Below, one piece after another: positions 34,846 through 46,563 of a DNA stretch of 64,000 nt (the stretch's first letter is position 1; each line of letters starts with the position of its first letter). The notes below the pieces were generated by a model. It was not told the origin of the DNA. It did not search any database and worked only from the letters and a program-made list of their open reading frames with translations. The position numbers were made by a program, and so were the translations under genes. The stretch covers positions 62,001 through 126,000 of the forward strand of contig JAQGDQ010000382.1 in assembly GCA_030141605.1 (NCBI GenBank), read 5' to 3'. The DNA comes from Tubiluchus corallicola. Its lineage: Eukaryota > Animalia > Priapulida.

Positions 34846-37800
34846 TCACAAAAGAAAGCTCATGTCATCACCAGGTTTGTATTCTGTAGCAGGTTTTCCT
34901 CTGAAATGAAATACACACAGCTTAGTGAGCTTACTTTCAATGGTTTCATAGAGAAAAATATTTCTCAAAGCAATTCCGCGACAAAAAACCTTCTTGCTAC
35001 AGAAAAGTATCGTCCCCATTGTGCAATAGATTTAATGAATACAGGGTGTTCGGAAAGTCACTATGCACTTATATATGTGTTAACAGACATGTTTCAATAT
35101 ACAATACAGGAGGTAAATATGAATGACAATTATTAAAAATGTTGAAAGTGACCCCCATTAGCATCAATACAGGCTTGGATCCTCCCCTATTAGCATCAAT
35201 ACAGGCGTGGATCCTCCCCATTAGCATCAATACAGGCGTGGATCCTTCTTATTTTGTTCGGATCAAAAGCATATTGGAATCAAATATAAAAAAACATGAT
35301 TAGAAAAGTGCACTGTGACTTTCCGAACACCCTGTATAGTTATTATTGTGTAATAAATAGGTTGTGAAGACTTACTTAAGAAACAGTCGAGCATTGGTAC
35401 AACCCATTAGTGTGGCTTTTCTTCCTTCCACTAGAAGCATACAACCCTCACGTAATGCCTGAAATTCATACAACTTCTAAGAGGAACGTTTTAGTACAGG
35501 TCATATCTAGCTGGAGAGGTGGTAGAGATGTCCAGCTATTAGCAAAAAGTCAGCATAGCAAGCACAGTGCCTGACAGTCAACGACTGGGAAAGGGAGCTT
35601 AGCCTGTGTTACACCAAAGCGTCTAGCATCTGGAAGCGAGAAAGTGCGTGTGTAGCGCGAATGAGCGATGAAACAAACGATTTTGGCAGCGGATGCTGGA
35701 GTCTAGGCGACTGCCGCTGTTCCTCAACCTACTAATGATGCCTGGGCCTTCGAACTATGATACAAATAAAGAGCATCGAAAAAAGGAAGCATTGAAAAAT
35801 AAATTTGATATCGTCCATTTTGTTTTTCTACGAAGGATAAAGAGGCTGAACACCAAACGCTTAATGTTAAAAGTTTGTTGTGAACGCAAGATACTCCACA
35901 CAGGAAACCAGTACACAGATACTGCACACTGGAAACCAGTACACAGATACTGCACACTGGAAACCAGTACACAGATACTGCACACTGGAAGCCAGTACAC
36001 AGATACTGCACACAGGAAACCAGTACACAGATACTGCACACTGGAAACCAGTACACGGATACTGCACACTGGAAACCAGTACACAGATACTGCACACTGG
36101 AAGCCAGTACACAGATACTGCACACTGGAAACCAGTACACAGATACTGCACACTGGAAACCAGTACACAGATACTGCACACAGGAAACCAGTACACAGAT
36201 ACTGCACACAGGAGACCAGTACACAGATACTGCACACGGAAACCAGTACACAGATACTGCACACTGGAAACCAGTACACAGATACTGCACACGGAACCAG
36301 TACACAGATACTGCACACTGGAAACCAGTACACAGATACTGCACACAGGAAACCAGTACACAGATACTGCACACAGGAAACCAGTACACAGATACTGCAT
36401 GCAGGAAACCAGTACACAGATACTGCACACTGGAAACCAGTACACAGATACTGCACACTGGAAGCCAGTACACAGATACTGCACACAGGAAACCAGTACA
36501 CAGATACTGCACACTGGTAGCCAGCAGCTAGACGCTGCACACTGGAAGCCAGCAGCTACGCGCTGCATACAAGAAGCCACGAACTACATGGTGCACACTG
36601 GAAGCCAGCAGCTAGACGCTGCACACTGGAAGCCAGCAGCTAGACGCTGCACACTGGAAGCCAGCAGCTACGCGCTGCATACGAGAAGCCACGAACTACA
36701 TGGCGCACACTGGAAGCCAGCAGCTAGACGCTGCACACTGAAAGCCAGCGCTACACGCTGCATACGAGAATATAAAACATCACTTACGTAAATTAAATAC
36801 CTTAATGTTTATTAATGTTGTACCATTGAGTTTGTATATCAAAGTTTGATATTCCGTCTTTAGTTTGAATTATTGAATTTAGCTTGTATTATTGTATTGT
36901 TACTAATGTAATATATGTTTTTATAGCGCCATATAGGTATGTATTTATATCTTTATAAATTGTGTGAATGGGTAATTGTAATTACCCAATAAAAATTGTT
37001 AAAATATGTTAAATATTATTATTTTTAATTACTATTAATATTATTTATTCGTACATATATAGTACGTTAATGAACCTCACACACTACAGTTTTGATACTG
37101 TAAATAGGACAGTTATTGTCAAGTTCTCGTCGCTTCGCTGATCTGATATTAACTTACACAGTAGGCATGTTTGCATGACAAGATCATGAGAACACAACTT
37201 ACAGGTAACATAAGACATCTAGGAAGCTTGTCTTGAATCTCTAGCGGTTAAGTTAGTTTTCAACATAGCAGGTTGACTGTTTTAAAACACTTTTAAGATT
37301 GGTGCCCTGCAATTTTGATATGAGACATTCATGACTCTGCAAGATGTACCTACCAGGACAGTCCTAGCATGAGCTTCTTCATGATACTGTAATATTCTTT
37401 GTTCTCTTGTTTCCTTAAAATGCAAAAAATACTTCTGATTATTAAAAATTGACAATGTCAGCAGTGCAGCTTTTGTCAGCAAAGAGATGTACATAAATGT
37501 GAAGTTATGTTTAAAGGTACGACAGGTATTGTTAGCAGTAATATACAAAGATCGGCAGCGACTCAGTAAGCTCTAGTCTTAATGTTTTTGAAAGAGCATA
37601 ACATGCACAATGCCGTGACATCTGTTGACAACAAAAATAATTATAAGCTACCAAGCCTAGCATTCTCTCAGAGACTTTCAGTACGAATTTTTATTATAAT
37701 AAGTCAATTTGTATAACAGGCACTTAAAAACATTTATAGTTAAAACATCACAACTTTATTAAAACTTTTAATTTACATAGTTAAGATCATGTCAAACGTT

Positions 37801-39410
37801 TCGACAGTGCCACTGCTGTCATCATCAGTGGTAATTGTTTACAAACATACAACCAGTTTATGTAGGCAGAGCCTACAGTATAGAACACTATGCACTAATT
37901 ATGTATTTAACAGAAGCCAAATAGGTAATGAATAAGCAGACCAGTAGAAAGGGTATCGATACAGCAAATTACCCACTAATTATGTATTTAAAAAAGCCAA
38001 ATAGGAAATGATTAAGCAGACCAGTAGAAAAGAAATTGATACAGTAAATTATGCACTAATTATGTATTTAACAGAAGCCAAATAGGTAATGATTAAGCAG
38101 ACCAGTAGAAAAGAAATTGATACAGTAAATTAAGCACTAATTATGTATTTAAAAAAGCCAAATAGGAAATGATTAAGCAGACCAGTAGAAACGAAATGAT
38201 ACAGTAACAAATAGCTAAGTGCTTGAAAACAAAGTTAAAGGAATTGAAATGCTTTGTAGAATATAAGAACGCTTATAAGGGTTCATAGATAAACTTTCTT
38301 TTATTAATAAGTCCCAGTTATTAGTAGCCTTGCATACATAATTAGTGCATAATTTACTGTATCCATTTCTTTTGTTAAGGTGTTTTAACTGTAAAAGTCA
38401 ACAAAACTTCACTGCAGTTCTCAAATTCAAGTAGTAATTAATTCAGCAACTGATAAATGTCTTGAAAATTTTAAATTAAAAATATACGACTAGACAAAGT
38501 ACAAAAATCCAAAAAAATTAAATTAATTTCTTTTATTTTCATATTTTGTCTAGTTGAGTATTCCAAGGGATCGTTCGTTTCCTTCTTGTCAAATAAATGG
38601 AACGCCAGCACTTGCATTAGCACGAATGCTGAAACATTAGGCAGATAAAGATGTTATCTCTCTATCTGTGGGTGCTGGTGCCTACTTTAGTGATAAAGAT
38701 TCGTTTTTCTTAGGCACAAATCTGTCTCTGCAATCAAATGGTTGATATGCAATCAGAAGTTTTGCATTGGAGTGACCTGATAGGCTCGCTATTGTGTCTC
38801 ATTAGATTATTACAAAAATTTCATTTTCCTTCACAGTGAAGTAGTATGACAGAAGAAACAGTCCAGAAGCGAGTGTCTGCATAGATGGACACCATTCACT
38901 TAATAATCAGGCTCAACGCTCCTTAACTTTACAGTTAAGGAGACCAGATCAACAGTTTAAAGTAGACCCCGTTTTTTTACATTTTTCTATTGTAGTAAAG
39001 AGCTGACTAACTTACCCCCATGTGTCTACTATTAGGATCAGTGTCGATATAATGAGGATTGATATTGAACGGTACTAAATCGAGAGCTTCGAATGACGGT
39101 GGACATACTATTGGCATGTCATTCGTGGTGTTGATGCTGACTGTGGCGACATTAGATCCTGCACTTGAACCGATATATGGCACACCTTCCTGTATTGCAA
39201 TAAACAGAACATGTGGTGAAACACGCTCAAGTAGCTGTATATTGATTACACAGCCAAGAATATCATTGGCTGAAATAAATACTTAATTAAGCATTTTGTC
39301 AAGGATTTAATTATCATTGGGAATTGATTAGTCTGAAATTTGAAGTTTTATTATTATGAACTAGTCAATGTTACTTTTAATATAACTTTTGCTGCCATTT
39401 TATTCTATGT

Positions 39411-39482
<72 letters not shown>

Positions 39483-41456
39483 TTTAGTATTCCTTTTAAA
39501 TTACTGTGTCTAATGCAAATGCGATTGTAATGTCCGGGGGAGGGGGGAGGGGGGTGATTGTACATGCTCTATAATAGTAGTGTTATTAATGTATGTAGAA
39601 TATTATGACTTTTATTTTATAATCTTTTAACAGTGTTTTATATGGAAGAAATTATGAAATACAGGTTTAAATTGAAATTCAGATATACTGATACAACATA
39701 GTAGACCACAAAGTCATTGCGAAAACGCTCATGAAGATGGTAAAAAATTCATATATTTGAGTCTCGTTGAATTTATAAGCAATTAGCAATTTGATATTGT
39801 TGTGGGTTTTAAGCAAATGCAACTTAAGATTAGCTTAAATTATATAAATGCCTGCATGCAAAAGTAAGTAATAATAGCATAACTAAGTTTCATAAACAAT
39901 TGTAGGTTACAATAAGTTTCATGTGCGCCATTATAATGTAGACTACATTTAATTGAAAATATTTTATCTTAAACAATAATAACTACAAACAAATCAAGAA
40001 GATTCTGCTATGTAGCAGTACGTTAATTATCTAAGTTAAATATGGTAAAGTACGTACCAGTAGGACCCTGCGCTTAATAACTGCTATCAACTTTTCGTCG
40101 TATAAAGTTTTCAACAGACGAAATGTATTTCCACCACCTAAAGTTTTGGGTAAATTCATGTTGTTGAGAATTACGTGATTGCACTAAAATAACGTTTAAG
40201 CAAAATATTAATAAGGCTTCTATAATAGTGCGTTAAACGTCGCCTGTACTGACTACAGAATGAAAAAAATCACGCAGTGATAAAGCAACCTAGATTGGTC
40301 GTCATTGTCGTCGTCGTCGTTGATGTTGTTGTTGTTGTTGTTGTTGCTGCTGCTGCTGCTACTGTTGCTGTTGTTGTCGTCGTCGTTGCTGCTGCTGCTA
40401 TTGTTGTTGTTGTTGACGTTGTTGTTGATGCTGCTGCTGCTGTTGCTGTTTTTGGTGCTATTGTGGTTGTTGTTGTTGCTGCCACCGCCGCTGTCAATAC
40501 TACTGCATTTCTCGCTGTTAACCTCACAAACACTCACCAATGAAAAAAGCTTCAGCACTATTCGCCGCTGTAACGGAATTACTGTACTCATGTATGCTGT
40601 CCAACTGAAAACCTGGTAAAATTGAACAATGTTGTCTTGATAAAATACATAATACAAAAACAATAAAGCAAAACTTTATTTGAAGCACATGAGATTAAAG
40701 ACAATGGGGCTTAACGTTTCTCAGTTTTGATTTAATGTTGATTTAATACCATTAAAATACCTACCCAGTTCATTAAACTTTTTTCTTGCTATCGAGGCGT
40801 ACTCATCATGATCTTTTAGCGCATAGGGTACAAATAAAACCTTTTTAACTTGTTTGCTGTAAAATTGATGAAATTACAAATTATGAGTGGGATATTAATA
40901 AAAGTAGTTGTTTGTATTACCACCCGTTATTACATTGTTGTCGATTAATTTATTACGACTCATTATCTGATCAAAGAGTATTTACTACTGCATATTATAA
41001 AATTACCGGGGCATTCAAACTATCGAGTTTTCTAGCAAGCGTGTTCAGACTAGAGAACAAAATTTGCTGTGAGTTACTCTCGGACAGTAAGCAGGAGCTG
41101 ACACTTCTCTAATTACTGCGAGAAGCGTCGAGAGTAACTCGCAGAGGCGTTCACACTAGACAGTAAATCAACTCGCAGCAACTGTAAGAGAATTTGCAAT
41201 AACTTGCCGGTAGTAACTTGCAAAGCAGTTCACACTTGCGAGCTTGGTGTAAGAGAGAAAACTCGTGATAGAAAACTCCCTAGTGTGAATGTGCCCGTAA
41301 GTGGTATGGATACATTAATAAATGCCAGCTATCTTGTTCTACAATAGCCTACCTGTTAAGAAAATCCTGTATCTGTTTTCCACAGTGATCTAAGTAACCA
41401 CTACCATGCAGAGTAGAATTTGAAATCAAAAGGCACTGCCTGCAAGCTTGCGCCAT
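34846..41456 (-). CDS. pepE: Alpha-aspartyl dipeptidase (peptidase E, family S51), 240 aa; exons 41456-41353, 40856-40765, 40612-40538, 40137-40058, 39189-39016, 37413-37354, 35458-35376, 34900-34846
   Basis: Spliced protein [25 protein letters not shown]...VLFVPYAL...[13 protein letters not shown]...[25 protein letters not shown]...INPHY...HMGETREQRI...ALREG...ARLF...DMSFLL*; catalytic Ser/His/Glu motifs present; all phases consistent (723 nt). Confidence 0.95.
35042..35334. mobile_element. Tc1/mariner-type MITE in pepE intron 7
   Basis: ~29-bp TIRs CAGGGTGTTCGGAAAGTCAC(TA/AG)TGCACTT flanked by TA; internal ~31-bp triplicate repeat. Confidence 0.9.
35895..36770. repeat. 28-bp minisatellite (~22 copies of type A then ~9 of related type B) in pepE intron 6
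   Basis: A: ACTGCACACTGGAAACCAGTACACAGAT; B: GCTGCACACTGGAAGCCAGCAGCTAGAC. Confidence 0.95.
37750..38372 (-). mobile_element. 5'-truncated Penelope-like element (GIY-YIG C-terminus, 3' UTR with ~81-bp x4 repeat, hammerhead, AATAAA)
   Basis: Minus strand [13 protein letters not shown]...SIPLTLF* resembles PLE endonuclease ends (LLIKESL..SxPLxLF); inverted 3' UTR piece at 38335-38372. Confidence 0.75.
37792..37831 (-). ncRNA. Minimal hammerhead ribozyme-like motif
   Basis: CCA-CUGAUGA-U-GACAG(CAGUGGCA)CUGUC-GAAAC-GUU-UG: core, 5-bp stem II and palindromic loopless stem III; stem I only 2 bp. Confidence 0.65.
39412..39480. repeat. (CA)n microsatellite
   Basis: Direct reading. Confidence 0.97.
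40298..40495. repeat. Compound (GTT/GCT/GTC)n microsatellite in pepE intron 3
   Basis: Direct reading. Confidence 0.92.
41007..41298. mobile_element. MITE with Harbinger-like termini in pepE intron 1
   Basis: GGGCATTCAAACTATCGAGTTTTCT ... AGAAAACTCCCTAGTGTGAATGTGCCC imperfect TIRs; internal TTCACACT repeats. Confidence 0.6.
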
Positions 41457-41749
41457 AACGTAAACGTGTCTAGTCACCTGTCCTGGGATTTGTACACTAC
41501 ACAGACCTATGTTCAATAGCGCACATTTAAATGGCCTTCACCCACATTCGTGAACTTTATCCACTAGTAAAAACTCTGAACACGCTTGTAACTGATTGTC
41601 GTTTATCCATACAGGTTGTTGACACACTGATGTTATGATATTACATACAGCCTATATCATGTTACTGTCACTATATTAATTAAAGAAGGCCTACTCCCTG
41701 ATACTGAAATATCTAAATAAATCACAAGACAATAAAAAACATCGCAAAT

Positions 41750-42098
41750 GTAAAGAACGCCAAATTGAAAATTAAGCTGAATTTTTAATATTAATTTATA
41801 AAAATTAATAAATAAATCATTTTTTAACATTATTAAGTGATTTTTTTAATATTAATAAATAGATTATGAATATTCAAAATTTATTTACTGACATTCAAAA
41901 TTCGCACTGAATTTTTAATATTAATAAATCACTTAATTTATGAATATTATTGTTTTTTTAATAATGCATTATGAATATTCAAAATTGATTTATTAATATT
42001 AAAAAATTAATTACGAATATTCAAACCTGAATCATTAATATTCATAAATGATCTATTAAAAATAAAAATAAGCGTTAAATTCCACTTTGGTGTTCTAT
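41750..42098. mobile_element. AT-rich MITE-like element
   Basis: AGAACGCCAAA... / ...TTTGGTGTTCTA imperfect TIRs around internally repetitive AT sequence; similar end at 25879-25891. Confidence 0.5.
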
Positions 42099-42189
42099 AC
42101 AAATAGGCCTTTAGAACTTGTATACGTATGTTGGTGATGTAATAATTTAAAATGGGTTGCGCGAATTTTAAAATTGAACACAAAACGGC

Positions 42190-42252
42190 AAGCACTTCCT
42201 GCTGTAAATCTTTACCCATTTATGACGTCATAGCTGGTTATGCTTCCGGTCA
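42190..42252 (-). promoter_or_regulatory. Candidate pepE promoter motifs (CRE TGACGTCA at 42223-42230, ETS-like CTTCCGG and CACTTCCT)
   Basis: Clustered motifs ~770 bp upstream of the ATG; motif matches only. Confidence 0.3.
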
Positions 42253-43465
42253 CTAAATAATTTGACCATAAAAAACACTTTGATAATTACTACAAATACG
42301 TACAAAATATAGTTCAGACCGCACGCCAAAATGAGACAGTGTGAATTGATTGAAGGATTACTTTATTTGTCTCCTTCCATATGTATATATACTATTTAAT
42401 TACACACAATTAATTATGAAAAATCGTTCCTTTAACTTCGCTCTCCTGTTTTTGCTATGTCACTATTCCGCTTAGGAAAGATATTTTAATAACAACAATA
42501 GGGAGTTAACAGCCAACACGGGAACGTAAACAATAATAAAAACTCCAAACTACAAGCTAGCGTTCTGTGACAATTTATTGTCTGGATTTTCATAAACATA
42601 ATCAAACTGAGGTATTTGTCTGTGTGATACAGTAAAAACAAGAGCATATTAATAATTACAAGACAAGAATGAAATTGACAACTCACCGGGTATCATATAA
42701 TACTATTCACAATAATATTTACAAGTTTTACAGTAGTAAATGTAAAACAAGCTACAAATGAATTTTTAGTTCAAATATGGTCACATTTTAGTATGCTGCA
42801 TTGTGATTAACCACTTGCACTAACAGGTCGTTCACCCCACAAATAACTCAAGTTAGCACACAGCAGTACAGTTGAGATTGTGGTACATTTTATTTTCAAC
42901 AAAAATCTGATCAATATTTAAATAAAATTCCCTTTTCAGACAGTCAAACCCTACAAAATAATATTGAATGTACTGGTAGTAACAGCCTAACACTTCAAGA
43001 GTTTACATTTAAGCTTAGAAGGATTTTTAGCTTATACATTTTTAGAATTTTTGATGCCAACATTCCATCTACCAGCAAACATTGTAATTAGCATCTCCAT
43101 TCATGCTTTAGGAGACTTAAGCGATCAAAAAGGGAGAAAAATCAGGAAAATATCAGTGACCTTCCAGAATAATCAGTTCAGAACAAATTTGAAATGTTGC
43201 ACTTTCAATACAGAACTACAAATAGCTTTGTGGATGAAAGTCTGAAAAAGCTGAATGTGTATGAGTGTTATATTTAGGATGCTGACACATTGGCCACGTT
43301 ATGGTCAATTTTCCAACTTTGATGCAAAGTAACGTAAAATAATATAAAATAATAGGTGTGCACACGTGCGTATCACTAAGAGTGTATTCAAATGTAGCAG
43401 ATAGGTGGCTCTGACTGATTGCAAACTGCTAGGGAGAGAGATCTCAGAGCAGCTCTGCCTGATTG

Positions 43466-43538
43466 AGTCAGTAGCATAAATGGTAGACAATGTGCTGCGA
43501 AAGCCACAGGTACTGAGTTCAAATCCTGGTTTACTCAC
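43466..43538 (+). pseudogene. tRNA-like sequence (tRNA pseudogene or SINE head)
   Basis: Box A TAGCATAAATGG, box B GTTCAAATCC, partial acceptor stem GAGT/ACTC, T-run just downstream; stems otherwise poor. Confidence 0.5.
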
Positions 43539-44842
43539 AATTTTTAAAGCAAAGCCTTCTTCAATTAGGATTTATGATTTACTGGGTATAAAAGACATAG
43601 AGTTACAATCAAATGAAATATCAGAACAAACATGTATATGTTACAGATCAAGTGGATAAAAATCATAAAGGAAAATATTTATTAGGATTATTCCTATTTT
43701 GGAAAAAAAGTGTCCACTAGCCAACATACAGTAGCTAAGCTGCTACATAAGAATATAAACTGTTCAACTGTTTGTCACGTTTATAAAATCAGGACATATA
43801 CAATTTACAATTTTGAAGTTTTTAGTTTCTAACACTGTTTAGTACATTACATTGATATAAGTTTTTCGACCTTGGTTTCACTCTCCGATTTCTTCAATTA
43901 GTTAGCGGTGAAGGGTCACGGTAAGAGCGAAATCTTTCATAATAATGCATGCGTGTGTTATAGGTGTATCAACAGAAAGGGTTATTAAAAAGTTTGCACT
44001 GTTTCCTTTTGTAACAGGCCTGTGAATGTGTCAGCACCCTAGGTAAATTAGAAAGTATCTTATACAAATCACAATAATAATAATTACAACATCCACATTG
44101 TATACAAACTACAACTACATTATTATGATGACATACTACAAACAATTCTACGTACGTAATTTCTATCTAAATCATTATGATATTTATATGTATTCGAGGT
44201 AATTAGCTGAACTACAAAGTTACAATAACACAGAGGTACTTCAACTGTTATACCGTACATCATCAGCTAGATCAACCATAGTACACGCTTAATCATATCA
44301 TATTACCAAACATTATCAAAAGTTATGTACACACAGCCTGCATTTAGTTAGGAAATGTTCCAGTTACAATGCATCTGAATAACCAAGCTGGACCTGAGAT
44401 CATGACAAATTAAACAAGAGACACATAGATAACTAGAATTATGAGACGTGCTTCCGAGGCCAATAAAATAAAGAAAGGATATCTTACCAATACTCGTTTG
44501 TAGTTTGATTTGAGCTTAGTATCAAATCGTACTGAAACTTACTACGTTATACTTGTTTTTGTTTGTTTATTATACAAGCTAGACGAACATTTTGTTACAC
44601 AAACACGCTAGACATAGCAGTAATAAAGGCTACAACATTCTACACTTACTACTCACACAAAATACAACTTTAAACTCTCATATTTATTAACTACAATGAA
44701 CATTTGCAGTAGAATACCAAATATGCTTAACTGCAAACATGAGCAATGCAGTTAGGAACCTCATGATTCAGTTTTAACATTTTTTGCAAAGTTTCTAAAT
44801 AAATGCAAAAGCATCAGAATCTTGTTGCCTGTTTAATCATAT

Positions 44843-45408
44843 ATACAATGTGTCCCAAAACTCCCTATATGCTTCGATTTCGAATTTTCTTTTTAAAGTT
44901 TTCTTCAATCTCAGCAAGCCATCACACAAATCAAAAGGGGCCTTTGACAAAATCTTTCTGTTTGTTCTTTTTTATCAGGAACCATGTTGCTCTGATGATG
45001 ACAGTAGTGTTAGAAATGAGTTGCAAAATCAGCCTGGCATGAAGACTTTAGATCACTAATGGAAGTTCAGGGCAAATTCAAAGCACCATATTTACCATTT
45101 TACTATCGCGTTGTAGCAATTTACTTCTTCAACAAGATGAAGCACTTCCTTACCACTCATGAGGTGTGAGAGACCGTCTCAGATGCTGAACTTGCTATTT
45201 GGGTTGATCTCCGAAGCTCTTTAAGACCATGAAGAAGGTAAAGTATTAAACCTACTAGTGCAGTAGCTACTTTCAGATTTTCGTCTAATTTCACTAAAAG
45301 AATTGCTCAAGGTTTTAGTTCATCTGTGTCAATTTTCCAACATTTTACTTTGCTTATTGAAAACTACAGAAAATGTAAAGCATATAGTAACTTATGAGAC
45401 ACCCTGTA
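44843..45408. mobile_element. Old mariner-like non-autonomous element
   Basis: TACAATGTGTCCCA ... TGAGACACCCTGTA degenerate TIRs. Confidence 0.4.
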
Positions 45409-46563
45409 TGTGCGAAAAATTGCCTTGTTTCTTCAAGGCATGGGGTGTACTGGGTATAAGGGCATTTTACGATTTCTTTAGTAAGGCCCGCATCGCCTAT
45501 TTCCGTAAAGCTTAACGAGTCAGTTTATTTAGTGAATTGTCCTGTTCACTAACTCATAATCAATGTACTCAGCCATCTGAAAAACTGCTTGACAAATATT
45601 TTTAAAATAGTTTAAACAGATTTTATAAACTGTTTGGTATAAATGAATTACTTTCATAAAAGAGGTAAACAACAACACAACTGTGGACATAAATAATTAA
45701 ACCTGCTCATAATTATATTTACAATGCTTTGGTGATTATAATAATAATAATAAAAATTATAAACAATCAATGAGGTGAACACAATCAACCTGTTGAAACC
45801 TGTAATTGCAGGACATTGAAGATTTACCTGAGAGAAACAGCAGCTAAATATGGTTAAAACCCATTAGCAACTGATGTAGGAATGGTAAATTAAAAATCAT
45901 TGTACATTAAACTAAATAACATTGTACGTCTGTATATACATATTTATAAGTGGATGAATGAACTACACACATTTAAAAATTATTTGAATTAAACCATTAA
46001 AAAGTACTATACAGCATTTTACGGTACTCTTAATTATGTTAATATTAAAACACAATTTTTACTAGGTAAAAAAACAATATTTTCCAAAACTAAAAGCACG
46101 AGATAAACTTTAGTAGACATAACGTTACACCCAGTCAACTAAACTTCATCACTGACTATTAGTAATAGATTCTGATGTGCCCTCATCAGACCTAATTCAT
46201 CAGATTGGAAATTAACAATCAAATACATAGAAACTAAATCCCCTGCTCTTATGATTAGCTCTTTGTTAACAGATGTCATTGTTTTTGTTATTAAACCAGT
46301 AAGTCAAAACATTAACACCTATAATTGATCAGATGCCAATTTTTAAGTATAAAAATGTTAAGGCTGGTGACTGCTGGTGGTAAAAAAACATCCTTTGCTA
46401 TAGAATTTACCCGTAAAACATTAACCTCCGTGTAGATTTTGTGCTTCAATCCTATTCGAACAAAATCTGTGTCCAGTGTGCAAAAACAAAATGTCAACTT
46501 GAGTTCAGTACAATCCTGGATCTGTGCAGCTCATAATGGATCTACGCAGAGGAAATATGGAGA

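Noticed and set aside
35693-36791. Five overlapping 237-303 aa ORFs
   Set aside because: Products of a stop-poor 28-bp repeat within pepE intron 6
40253-40663. Poly-N/T/V/L ORFs
   Set aside because: Trinucleotide microsatellite in a pepE intron
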